The notes beneath the pieces were generated by a model. That model saw only the letters and a program-made list of their open reading frames with translations, searched no databases and was not told where the DNA came from. The position numbers were made by a program, and so were the translations under genes. Shown here in pieces: positions 9,831-18,771 of a stretch of DNA of 64,000 nucleotides. The DNA comes from Pirellulales bacterium (GTDB taxonomy: Bacteria; Planctomycetota; Planctomycetia; Pirellulales; JAICIG01), in NCBI GenBank assembly GCA_040901675.1, contig JBBDYJ010000006.1, positions 125,288 to 189,287 on the forward strand, read 5' to 3'. Within the stretch, counting starts at the first letter, position 1. Each line of letters starts with the position of its first letter.

Positions 9831-11597
9831 ATGGACCTGTTGGCGATCACGGTGGGGTCCGGCCTGGTTCTGCTGGCGGCCTACTGGACCTATGGCCGCT
9901 GGCTGGCCAACAAGCTGGAGCTGCGGCGTGAAACACCCACGCCGGCCTGGGAGTTCAACGACGGTCAGGATTTCGTCCCCACGCCGGCGCCGTACCTGTT
10001 CTCGCAGCACTTCTCGGCGATCGCGGCGGCGGGGCCGATCGTGGGACCGATCGTGGCCGGGCTCTGGTTCGGCTGGCTGCCGGCCTTGATCTGGATTGTG
10101 GTGGGGAGCATTCTGGTTGGCGGCGTGCACGACATCACGTCGCTGGTGGCCAGCGTCAGGCACCGGGCGCGTTCGATCGCGGAGATCGTGCGCGAGCACA
10201 TGAGCCGGCGGGCGTACCTGTTGTTCCTGTCGTTCGTGTGGATTGCGCTGGTGTACATCGTGGTGGCGTTCACCGACATCACCGCCAGCACGTTCGCGCC
10301 GACGCCCAGGGCGAGCGATAGTCCTCGCCAGGCCGCCGAGGCGGTGCGGACCGGGGCGGCCGTGGCGAGCTCGTCGATGATGTACCTGCTGTTGGCGGTG
10401 GCGATGGGGCTGGCGCTGCGATACACGCGGTTGTCGTTGAAATGGGCGACGGCGATCTTCATGCCGCTGGTGCTGGTATCGATTTGGGCGGGACAGCACC
10501 TGCCGCTGGCGATTCCCGAGTGGCTCTGGTTCAATGGCAGCGCGACCAAGACGTGGGACATCCTGCTGTTGGCTTACTGCGGGGTGGCGTCGGTCGTGCC
10601 GGTGTGGGCCTTGTTGCAGCCGCGAGGCTTTCTGGGGGGCTACTTCCTGTCGGCCACCGTGCTGTTGGCGTTTTTGGGAATGGTGGCCACCGCGCTGGCG
10701 GGCGATTCGCTGGCGGTGACGTACCCGGCCTTCAATGGTTGGCGAGTGGAGGACGCGGGCAAGGTTTACCTGCTGTTCCCGGTGCTGTTCATCACCATCG
10801 CCTGCGGCGCGTGCAGCGGGTTCCACGCGATGATCAGCTCGGGCACCTCGTCCAAGCAGCTCCGCCACGAAACGGACGCGCGGAGCATCGGATATGGGTC
10901 GATGCTGCTGGAGGCGTTTGTGGCCGTGATTTCGCTGTCGTGCGTGATGGTGATGGCCCGCGGGGCGGTCGGCTCTCCGGATCGGATCTTCGCCGAGGGG
11001 ATATCGCGGTTCATCGCCTTGCTGGCCCAAGGCTTTGCCATCGATTATGCAACGGCGAAGTTGTACCTGTACCAGTTCGCGTTGTTGGCCTTTGCCACGT
11101 TCATCTACGACACCCTCGACGTCTGCACCCGGCTGGGGCGGTACGTGCTGCAGGAGTTCACCGGCTGGCACGACCGCACCGGGCGATACGTGTGCACGGT
11201 GATGACGCTGGCACCCCCCTTGTACCTGGTGCTGCAAACCATCACCAGCCCGACCGGCGAGGCCGTGCCGGCATGGAAGCTTTTCTGGACGCTGTTCGGG
11301 ACCGCCAACCAGTTGCTGGCGGCGCTGACGCTGACGGGAGTCACCGTGTGGCTGCTGCGGACGGGCAAGACCTGGTGGTACACCGCCCTGCCGGCGCTGT
11401 TGATGATGGGGATCACCTTCACTTCGTTGGGCTTGATCCTCTGGGACTGGTACCGGGCCTTGGGGACGACGGAAACATTTGACATCAATGGTCCGATCAC
11501 CAGCGTACTGTTGGTGCTGGCGGTGATGTTGGTGGTGGAGGCGTTCGCCGTGATGTATCGCACACTGCGGGCGCGGGCGGTCGTGGGGGCAGCCTGA
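9831..11597 (+). CDS. cstA: Carbon starvation protein A family transporter
   Basis: [58 protein letters not shown]; multi-TM. Confidence 0.93.
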   Translation: MDLLAITVGSGLVLLAAYWTYGRWLANKLELRRETPTPAWEFNDGQDFVPTPAPYLFSQHFSAIAAAGPIVGPIVAGLWFGWLPALIWIVVGSILVGGVHDITSLVASVRHRARSIAEIVREHMSRRAYLLFLSFVWIALVYIVVAFTDITASTFAPTPRASDSPRQAAEAVRTGAAVASSSMMYLLLAVAMGLALRYTRLSLKWATAIFMPLVLVSIWAGQHLPLAIPEWLWFNGSATKTWDILLLAYCGVASVVPVWALLQPRGFLGGYFLSATVLLAFLGMVATALAGDSLAVTYPAFNGWRVEDAGKVYLLFPVLFITIACGACSGFHAMISSGTSSKQLRHETDARSIGYGSMLLEAFVAVISLSCVMVMARGAVGSPDRIFAEGISRFIALLAQGFAIDYATAKLYLYQFALLAFATFIYDTLDVCTRLGRYVLQEFTGWHDRTGRYVCTVMTLAPPLYLVLQTITSPTGEAVPAWKLFWTLFGTANQLLAALTLTGVTVWLLRTGKTWWYTALPALLMMGITFTSLGLILWDWYRALGTTETFDINGPITSVLLVLAVMLVVEAFAVMYRTLRARAVVGAA

Positions 11598-11598
11598 G

Positions 11599-11731
11599 GG
11601 CAGAGGGAGGAAGGCAGAAGGCAGAGGGCAGAAGGCAGAAGGCAGAGGGCAGAAGGCAGAGGGCAGAGGGCAGAAGGCAGAGGGCAGAGGGCAGAAGGCA
11701 GAGGGCAGAAGGCAGAGGGCAGAGGGCAGAA
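11599..11731. repeat. Heptamer tandem array (GGCAGAR)x19
   Basis: 19 contiguous 7-nt units (GGCAGAG/GGCAGAA, one degenerate GGAGGAA) starting right after the cstA stop. Confidence 0.97.
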
Positions 11732-11753
11732 GTCGGACGTTGTGGTGGGACAG

Positions 11754-11782
11754 CACTGCTGGGCAAGCCAGCAGGGGCACCC
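11754..11782. repeat. REP-like palindrome, second copy
   Basis: CACTGCTGGGCAAGCCAGCAGGGGCACCC matches 9671-9697. Confidence 0.75.
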
Positions 11783-11976
11783 GAAGGGAGAGGAGCCTCG
11801 CCCACAACTTTCTTGTGCACGGTTGCGCGACAGGCGTTGCCTTGAAAGGGGGCAGGAAGGCAGGCATGACGGAAGCGCAAAGTCTTCTAGCGGACAAGTC
11901 TCTTTTTCCGCAAACCAGGCCTTTGTAACTGCTTTGGGCCACGCCCGTTTCCTTCCGAGGCCGCGTTACTCGGCGG

Positions 11977-11994
11977 CTGGCATGCCAATCGCTT
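11977..11994 (+). promoter_or_regulatory. Putative sigma54 promoter
   Basis: CTGGCATGCCAATCGCTT: GG at 11979-80, N10, GC at 11991-92. Confidence 0.55.
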
Positions 11995-12003
11995 AGTGGG
12001 GCA

Positions 12004-12138
12004 CGGGTGCGGCTGTTCCAGTTCAGCCGCGAAGATTCGCGCGGTATGGATTCTGGCTACCGCCAAGCCAGAAGGACGCCCATGACTTGGGTGGGTGACC
12101 TCGGTTGCCCACCCAAGTCGGGGTCGCCTTTCTGGTAG
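12004..12138 (+). other. Candidate structured small RNA or small-ORF transcript
   Basis: Hairpins 12009-12030, 12051-12073 and 12084-12119 (12-bp perfect stem); AAGGA then ATG 12082 opens MTWVGDLGCPPKSGSPFW*. Confidence 0.35.
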
Positions 12139-15100
12139 TTACTTGGCGGCGAGGGCGCGCTGGGGGGGTTCGCTCAGCAGCGTGGAGCCGATCAAGAGGC
12201 GCGGCGGATACCTGCCGCCGGCCTGGTCGCGGTCCCAGAGCTCAACCCACAACTGCCAGGAGACCGGCGCCGCGGCAAACACGAGTTGCTCACGGGCCGG
12301 TAGCCCATTTTCGGTGAATGCGGACTGGTTGCCATCCGCGGGCGGCCGCAGGTCGAAGAGCACGGGAGGCGACGCGCCGTCGGCCCGCCAGAGCAGCACC
12401 CCTTGCTCGACGACGTCGTAATCGACTCGGCTGCAATCGAGCACCGATTCGATCTGCTCGCGGACCAGTGCCACGCCGGCCATTTTGTACAGGCCGGTCA
12501 AGCAATCGGCGAAGGCTTGCGATTGTTCGGCCGCCAGTTCGTCGAGCCAGCCTGGCTCCAGGATGCGGGCCACCAGCCAGCCTGATTGCTCGTCGAAGGC
12601 CAGCCAGGTGGATGCATCGGGCCAGCGGGCCGAGCGCAGCTCGAAGCGGATGCGGTGGCTTGCGACCTCGACGCGTCCCAGCTTCAGGTCGAGCGGGTGC
12701 CAGCGGCGGCTCTGTTCCAAGAGGGTCACCGCCTCGCGCTGGATGAAGCGGGCGACCGCCTCGCGGACTTGATGGATGGCCCGGCGGTACTTGCGCGAGG
12801 CTTTCCAGTCGCCCGTCCACTGGGCCTTGCGATTGGCGCGCCTGAGGCGGGCGTAGAGCTTGGGCAGCAGCCCCGAGTGCAAGCCCGGGCGCAGCAGCCG
12901 GACCACGGTTTCACCGTGGTGGAAGACCGGGACCGGACCCAGCAGTTTGGGGCGGTTTGCCTGGTACAGTCGCCAGTTCTCCTTGAGCTCCCAGACGAGA
13001 AAGCCGAACACGCCGGGCAGAACCAGGGCAACCGTGGTGGCGATGGTAATGGCCTCGGCCTTGCCCAAAGGGGACAGGGCGGGCTCCAGATAGACGGCGC
13101 AAAGGGGGGCGATGATCTTGTGCGAGACGGTGACGACGGGAAAGTGCTTGACCGGGTTGACCTGAGGCTCGATCAAGAGATTGATGCAAAAGCGCAGCAG
13201 GTAGGTGACAAAGAACCAGATCAGCCCCAAAGCCGATTTGATCACCACGCTGGCGCGTCCCTGGCCGCTTCGGAAGCGGAGCCATTCGTCGACCGAGTAG
13301 AGGAGGCGGTCGAACGTGTCGACCACGCGGTTGAAGAAGTCGATGATGATGTGGACCAGCGCCGCCAGGATGCGGATGCGGAAATGGTCCCAACTGCGCA
13401 CGGCCCAATCGGTGATGACTTCCTCGGCGTTGCGTCCCAAGCGGGAATTAATCAAGAGGTTGACGACCAGAAACACCAACAGTCCGCCCCTGACGGCACT
13501 GGCGATATCTTTCTGGAGCGCCGGGAAGGCCAAGAGGGCCAGCGCCGTAAAGACCAATGGCTTGAACACGTAGCGGACCAGGATGCGGAAAGGCGGACTG
13601 TCGATGACCTGCCGCACCATCGGCTGCCGCAGGATCCAGGACGGCACGTCGACCGTGATGGCCCGCGTTATTCGAAACAGTTTGCGCATCGCCAGCGAGC
13701 AGACACGGCGGAAGCTTTTCACGTGTATCAGGCCCAGCAGCACGAAACCGACCAGCAAAGTGCCCAGCAGCATGGCCGCCGTCTCCCCCGGCCTGGGTCC
13801 GGAGGCGGGCGCGGAAAACTGAAACTCCCCCGTGCGGGCCAGCCGCACCAGCGGCCCCAGGATGTGCTTGAGTCCTTCGAGGGCCAGGTACGCGCCGCCG
13901 AAGGGAAGGGCGACATAGCGGACCAGCAAGCGGCCCGGGGCGGTGCCGAATGCCAGGGAGCTGAGCCGCTGGGGCCAGCGGAGGTAGACCTCGCCCCGGT
14001 GATACACGCCGTCGAGCGTGGTGGCCAGCGCCCGGTCGGCGCGGAGCAGGTGGTCGCCCCACAGAAACTCGCTGGCGCCTTGGAGGTCCGGCAGCTTGAG
14101 GTTGTTGCGCGAGATGGCGTCGCGCAGATCGCCCATCGTCAGAAAGCCGCGCTCGACCACTCGGTCCAGCAGCTCTTCGACGAGCTTGTGCTTGGCCACG
14201 CGCTCGGGCGGGTTGCCGGGAGTCAGGCCGGCCTGCTCCAAGGCCGCCGTCACCGTGGGGCGGAAGCGCTCGCGCAGCCTTTCCTCGGCGCGATGCCGGG
14301 CGCCTTCCAGAAGGGCGGCCAGGCGGCTGCGGTCGGCTTCGGGCAGGCGTGCCGCCGTCGCCCGTCGGGCGGCGCTGGCCAGATGTTTGGCCATCAGCAC
14401 TTCGCGCTGGCCCTGCAGCTTGCGCTTGATCGGCAGCCGGCCTCGGGTGAGGATCCATTCGACCACGTCGAGCGTATAGATGTCGCGCTCCGAATCGACG
14501 CACACCTTTTGCAGATCGTAGAGGATGCGGGACTCGCGGGTGAAAAAGCCCTGCACCGACCGCTTCAACAGCGCGGCCAGCGCGCGGGACCACCGCCGGG
14601 TCTGGGTCTCATTTAGATCCAAGGCGACGCGGAGGCGATCGGCAAGCCGGTTCAGCTCGTCGCGGGCCGCGGAGCGGGCCCGGCCCGCCAGGCTGGGCCG
14701 CACGTGCCGGGCCGAGCGGGCGCGGAGAATGGCGGCCCTGACGGCGTTGCCCTGCCGGGCGGCCCGCTGGGCCTGGCGGTTCATTCGGCGATAAAGGAGC
14801 TCGGATTGCCGGGAGGGGGCCAGGGCCAGGTCGTCCGCTTCGAAGTCGCCGGCGTGCTCTACCCTGGGCGGTTCGAGCGGCTGCACGGGATCGGGTGCCG
14901 CGGGCGGGCGCGTGCGCTGGAAAAGGTCGTTGGCATCGATGTCGGCGGCCAGGACCTCGTCGATCCGCCGCTCGTCGAGCAGCGACGAAAAGTAGAACGG
15001 CAGGAGCGAAGGGGCAAAAAACCGCAGCTCGAGCCAGACGGCGGCGAACTCGACGTACACCGAGGCCTGGTCCGCCGGGGGCAAGAGCAGGTCTTCCTGG

Positions 15101-15555
15101 CGGAGCACGGCGCGAACGTGGTCGAACTCGGCCTGGCCGATGCGGTGGATCCGCTCGCGGAGGGCCGCCGGCTCGAGGCGGGGCAGCGTGGCGGCCAAGT
15201 GGACGTGAACGCGTGCGTGGAACAAGAGCCGCCAATACTTGAGCAGGGCCTCTCCGGCGGTCATGGCGGCCAGCTTTTCCGCGGTGGGCCGGGCCAGCAG
15301 GATGACGGTGTCGGGGAGCTGCTGGCGGGCGGAGAGTCCCAGCTCGTCGGGGTCGGCGATTTGGAGGAGTGCCTTGGCGGAGATCACGTAGGTTTTGCGG
15401 TGGGGGACCTTGAGTCCCAGTCCGGCGATCTGGCGATCGTGCTTGATCACGCGGCGGAGGATTCTGGGGGGCGCGAGGATGGCGGAGCGATCGGCGGCGC
15501 GGATGGCCCGCTCCAGCTCGGCGATGGACAAGGGGAGATCGCTCGTGGCGTGCAT
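12139..15555 (-). CDS. Large hypothetical membrane protein (~1138 aa)
   Basis: Long ORF with coding bias; helical N-terminus, central multi-TM region, NLLIEPQVNPVKHFPVVTVSHK segment; no family recognised. Confidence 0.8.
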   Translation of the reverse strand: MHATSDLPLSIAELERAIRAADRSAILAPPRILRRVIKHDRQIAGLGLKVPHRKTYVISAKALLQIADPDELGLSARQQLPDTVILLARPTAEKLAAMTAGEALLKYWRLLFHARVHVHLAATLPRLEPAALRERIHRIGQAEFDHVRAVLRQEDLLLPPADQASVYVEFAAVWLELRFFAPSLLPFYFSSLLDERRIDEVLAADIDANDLFQRTRPPAAPDPVQPLEPPRVEHAGDFEADDLALAPSRQSELLYRRMNRQAQRAARQGNAVRAAILRARSARHVRPSLAGRARSAARDELNRLADRLRVALDLNETQTRRWSRALAALLKRSVQGFFTRESRILYDLQKVCVDSERDIYTLDVVEWILTRGRLPIKRKLQGQREVLMAKHLASAARRATAARLPEADRSRLAALLEGARHRAEERLRERFRPTVTAALEQAGLTPGNPPERVAKHKLVEELLDRVVERGFLTMGDLRDAISRNNLKLPDLQGASEFLWGDHLLRADRALATTLDGVYHRGEVYLRWPQRLSSLAFGTAPGRLLVRYVALPFGGAYLALEGLKHILGPLVRLARTGEFQFSAPASGPRPGETAAMLLGTLLVGFVLLGLIHVKSFRRVCSLAMRKLFRITRAITVDVPSWILRQPMVRQVIDSPPFRILVRYVFKPLVFTALALLAFPALQKDIASAVRGGLLVFLVVNLLINSRLGRNAEEVITDWAVRSWDHFRIRILAALVHIIIDFFNRVVDTFDRLLYSVDEWLRFRSGQGRASVVIKSALGLIWFFVTYLLRFCINLLIEPQVNPVKHFPVVTVSHKIIAPLCAVYLEPALSPLGKAEAITIATTVALVLPGVFGFLVWELKENWRLYQANRPKLLGPVPVFHHGETVVRLLRPGLHSGLLPKLYARLRRANRKAQWTGDWKASRKYRRAIHQVREAVARFIQREAVTLLEQSRRWHPLDLKLGRVEVASHRIRFELRSARWPDASTWLAFDEQSGWLVARILEPGWLDELAAEQSQAFADCLTGLYKMAGVALVREQIESVLDCSRVDYDVVEQGVLLWRADGASPPVLFDLRPPADGNQSAFTENGLPAREQLVFAAAPVSWQLWVELWDRDQAGGRYPPRLLIGSTLLSEPPQRALAAK

Positions 15556-15986
15556 ACAGAGAATTGTACGTGAGGTTTCCTGGTTTCCAAAAAGATAAGC
15601 CCCGCAATGACTTACGGGGCTTGGCTGTCCATTAGCCACGCTATATCCAATTAGGCCGAGGCCGCTTTTCTCAGAAGCCTGTCCAGCCCATCGGCCGCCT
15701 CGGGCTGTATCGTGGGCAGGCAATGGCTGTGGTACTGCAGCGTCATGCGCCGTGCTGGCGCACTCCGTTTCGGCGTACCAGGCTCTGCAAGCGCGCCGGG
15801 CTCAGCTTCGCAAGCCCCCGCCCAGCCGCGGGTTGAGTGGTTCTTAATTGGCACTCCTCCCGCTTGCTCTTCGCGCAGGCGATGCGCCGGACGCACTTGG
15901 CGGCCGCGTTGTAGCCGACGATTCGAGGAGGATCGAAAGGACAGCTCGACGCTTATCGAATCGCTACTTCGTGAGAAAGTTGAACA

Positions 15987-16298
15987 ATGAGTACGGCAAT
16001 AGTCCATAATCAATTCTCCAGCACAGCAAGTAAACTGAGAGCGTTTCAAGAGTCCATCCACTCTCGATACGAGCCTCATCCTGTGGAAGAGCGCACAGAT
16101 ACCTCCGCGACATTGCGATTCGAGGTTGCCGGCTTTCAGCGCGCTGTAGGCCGCAGCCGTGATCACGCACGCTCTGCAATAGTAAGGAAGATCGTTACAT
16201 CAGAAAGTCCTGACGAGTACATTCAGACTGTAGTCCACACGTTGGTTTCAAGCACACGGCCTGGTCGGATTGGCTCGGTCGGTGGCCCGGCTGCTTGA
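15987..16298 (+). CDS. Orphan hypothetical protein in a lower-GC stretch
   Basis: ATG preceded by GAGAAAG; ends just before the convergent USP stop; possible sigma54-like site at 15848-15865. Confidence 0.35.
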   Translation: MSTAIVHNQFSSTASKLRAFQESIHSRYEPHPVEERTDTSATLRFEVAGFQRAVGRSRDHARSAIVRKIVTSESPDEYIQTVVHTLVSSTRPGRIGSVGGPAA

Positions 16299-16304
16299 GG
16301 CGGC

Positions 16305-16736
16305 CTATTCCTTGAGGACCAGGACCGGGCAGTGGGCCAGCCGCACGACGCGCTCGGCGACCGAGCCGATCAGGAGCCGCTTGAGTCCGGTGCGTCCGTG
16401 GGAGGGGAGCACGATCAGGGCGGCCCGGTGGTGGCGGGCGTATTCCGCGATTTCGTGGCCCGGATCGCCGAAGGCGATCGCCTTGTGGAGGTTGTTATAG
16501 CGGGCGTCGGACAACCGCTCGTCGAGGGCCTGCAGGGCGTGCCGCGCACGGCTTTCGTCGTCGACGGTGCCCCAAATGACCCCCGGCTCGGTGGCCTCGA
16601 GCACCGGCAGCACGTGGATCACGTGCACCCAACCCGCGTCGGGCGCCAGCTCGAGGGCCTCGTCCAGGGCGGCGAGCGACAAGTCGGAGAAGTCGACCGG
16701 AACGACCATGACCCGGTTCGAGAGCCATTTGATCAT
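16305..16736 (-). CDS. Universal stress protein
   Basis: VVPVDFS and LIVLPSHGRTGLKRLLIGSVAERVVRLAHCPVLV. Confidence 0.95.
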   Translation of the reverse strand: MIKWLSNRVMVVPVDFSDLSLAALDEALELAPDAGWVHVIHVLPVLEATEPGVIWGTVDDESRARHALQALDERLSDARYNNLHKAIAFGDPGHEIAEYARHHRAALIVLPSHGRTGLKRLLIGSVAERVVRLAHCPVLVLKE

Positions 16737-16779
16737 AGAGACCTCGGTGCAATGGGGCGGGTCGTGGAATGGTCAAGCG

Positions 16780-18417
16780 TCATTGGATGCCATGCTGCTC
16801 GAATTCTCCGGCGCGGTAGCGCCGCCAGTAATCGTTCAAGCGCATGCGGACTTTGCCGCTGAGCAGGGCGACGCCCAGGATGTTGGGAAAGGCCATGGAA
16901 AGAATCATCATGTCGCTGAAGTCAAGGATGTTGCCCTCGGTGACGATGGAGCCGAGCACGACGAAGACCAGGAACAACAGCTTGTAGGCCAGCGACCAGC
17001 GGACGCCGAACAGCCGGCACCAGCAGCGCTCGCCGTAGTACGACCAGGAGATCACGGTGGAGTAGGCGAAGAGAAACACCGTCACGCACAGCAGCCAGGG
17101 AAACCAGCTCACCTGCGTCTCGAAGGCCCGCGAGGTCAGCGCGGCGCCTTGCTTCGTATCGATCAAGTCGGCAAAAAGGGGGACCGACCGGTCGTAGGCG
17201 CCGGTAATGACGATGACCAGGCCGGTCATGGTGCAGACGACGACCGTGTCGATGAACGGCTCCAGCAGCGCCACGATCCCCTCGCTGATGGGTTCCTTCG
17301 TCTTGGCCGCGGAATGCGCAATCGCAGCGGAACCGACGCCCGCCTCGTTCGAGAAGGCCGCTCGCTTGATGCCCGTCACCATCACGCCGATGGCGCCGCC
17401 GGCAATGCCCTCGCCGGTGAACGCACCGTCGAGGATCGTGCCGAAGGCGGGGAGGATCCGGTCGTAGTTCGAAAGCAGAATGTAGAGACAGGCCAGCACG
17501 TACAGGCCACACATCACTGGCACGATCTTGTCGGCCACCGAGGCAATGCGGCGGATGCCGCCGATGATCACGATGCCGGCCAGGAAAGCCATCAAGAAGC
17601 CGTAGGTTTGAGGGTAGTGATTCAACCACGGGATCTGCAGCTTAATGGCATTCAGCGACTGGCCAACCTGGAAGGCGCAGCCGCCGCCCAACGAGCCCCC
17701 GATGCACATCACGGTAAAGACAAGAGCCAACACTTTGCCCAACGGCTTCCATCCCAGTTCGGCCAGGCCGTCTTCGAGGTAGTGCATGGGGCCGCCGGAG
17801 ACGCGGCCGTCGACGTCGATCTTGCGGTAGAGCATGCCGAGGCTGCACTCGGCGAACTTGCTGCTCATTCCCAACAGGCCGGCCACGATCAGCCAGAGCA
17901 CGGCCCCCGGCCCGCCCACGCCGATGGCAATCGCCACGCCGGCAATATTGCCCAGGCCGACCGTGGCCGATAGGGCCGAGGAGAGGGCCTGGAAATGGGA
18001 GATTTCACCGGCATGCTCGCCCTTGTCGTAATCGCCGCGCGTGAGGCGGACCGCGTGCCAGAAGGCCCGCACGTTGATGAAGCCCATCCGCAGCGTGAAG
18101 AACACCGCCCCGGCGAACAGCCAAGCCACCACGAAAGGAATTTCGGCGCCGAGCTGTTTCCCGGTGCCGAAGTCGTACATCAGGATCATGTCCAACGGAG
18201 TGACCAGATAGTTGCCGAAGAACTCGTCGATCGGGCCGATCCATTCCGGCGGGCCGGCGACCGGCTGGGCTGCCTGGTCCGCGGCCTGCGGCGGCAGGGG
18301 GTCTTCGGCGGACGCCGGGGTAAAGATAGCGAGGCAACCGAGGAGAAGTGCGGCGGCGCCGAGCGGCAGGATGACCTTCGGGCGGAAGACGAGCGAACGA
18401 AGCGAACCACGCAGCAT
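16780..18417 (-). CDS. Alanine/glycine:cation symporter (AGCS) family
   Basis: ALSATVGLGNIAGVA, GGPMHYL, FSNEAGVGSAAIAH, EPFIDTVVVCTMTG, WSYYGERC. Confidence 0.95.
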   Translation of the reverse strand: MLRGSLRSLVFRPKVILPLGAAALLLGCLAIFTPASAEDPLPPQAADQAAQPVAGPPEWIGPIDEFFGNYLVTPLDMILMYDFGTGKQLGAEIPFVVAWLFAGAVFFTLRMGFINVRAFWHAVRLTRGDYDKGEHAGEISHFQALSSALSATVGLGNIAGVAIAIGVGGPGAVLWLIVAGLLGMSSKFAECSLGMLYRKIDVDGRVSGGPMHYLEDGLAELGWKPLGKVLALVFTVMCIGGSLGGGCAFQVGQSLNAIKLQIPWLNHYPQTYGFLMAFLAGIVIIGGIRRIASVADKIVPVMCGLYVLACLYILLSNYDRILPAFGTILDGAFTGEGIAGGAIGVMVTGIKRAAFSNEAGVGSAAIAHSAAKTKEPISEGIVALLEPFIDTVVVCTMTGLVIVITGAYDRSVPLFADLIDTKQGAALTSRAFETQVSWFPWLLCVTVFLFAYSTVISWSYYGERCWCRLFGVRWSLAYKLLFLVFVVLGSIVTEGNILDFSDMMILSMAFPNILGVALLSGKVRMRLNDYWRRYRAGEFEQHGIQ

Positions 18418-18634
18418 CCTGTTGGCCTTTCCGTGGTCTGCCCCTGGGATGGTTTTTGCCAGCGGACGGCGAAACGGACCACGGGATTTCAAAGCAAGAG
18501 CGCAGTCCGCGCGCGGTTGGTAACCGCCAATTGCGACAATAACGCCGCGATTCTAAAGCAGCCCAGGGATAAGGTCAACGCGGGCGGGAGAGGCGGCATC
18601 GACAAGGGGACAAGGCGAACGCGGGGGGATACGA

Positions 18635-18753
18635 ACGAAGAACTGGGGCACGCTACCGCTTTGCCGCCAGGCACCCGAAGGGGAAGGAGGAAGGACGAAG
18701 ACTGGGGCACGCTGCCGCTTTGCCACCAGCCACCCGACTGGGAAGGAGGAAGG
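18635..18753. repeat. Tandem ~59-bp direct repeat, two copies
   Basis: ACGAAG(A)ACTGGGGCACGCTRCCGCTTTGCCRCCAGSCACCCGA..GGGAAGGAGGAAGG at 18635 and 18695. Confidence 0.85.
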
Positions 18754-18771
18754 AGGAGGGGCGCGAGGGGG

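Noticed and set aside
9645..11942. 765-aa and 127-aa minus-strand ORFs with LPSAFCP repeats
   Set aside because: Translation of the GGCAGAR heptamer array plus the antisense shadow of cstA
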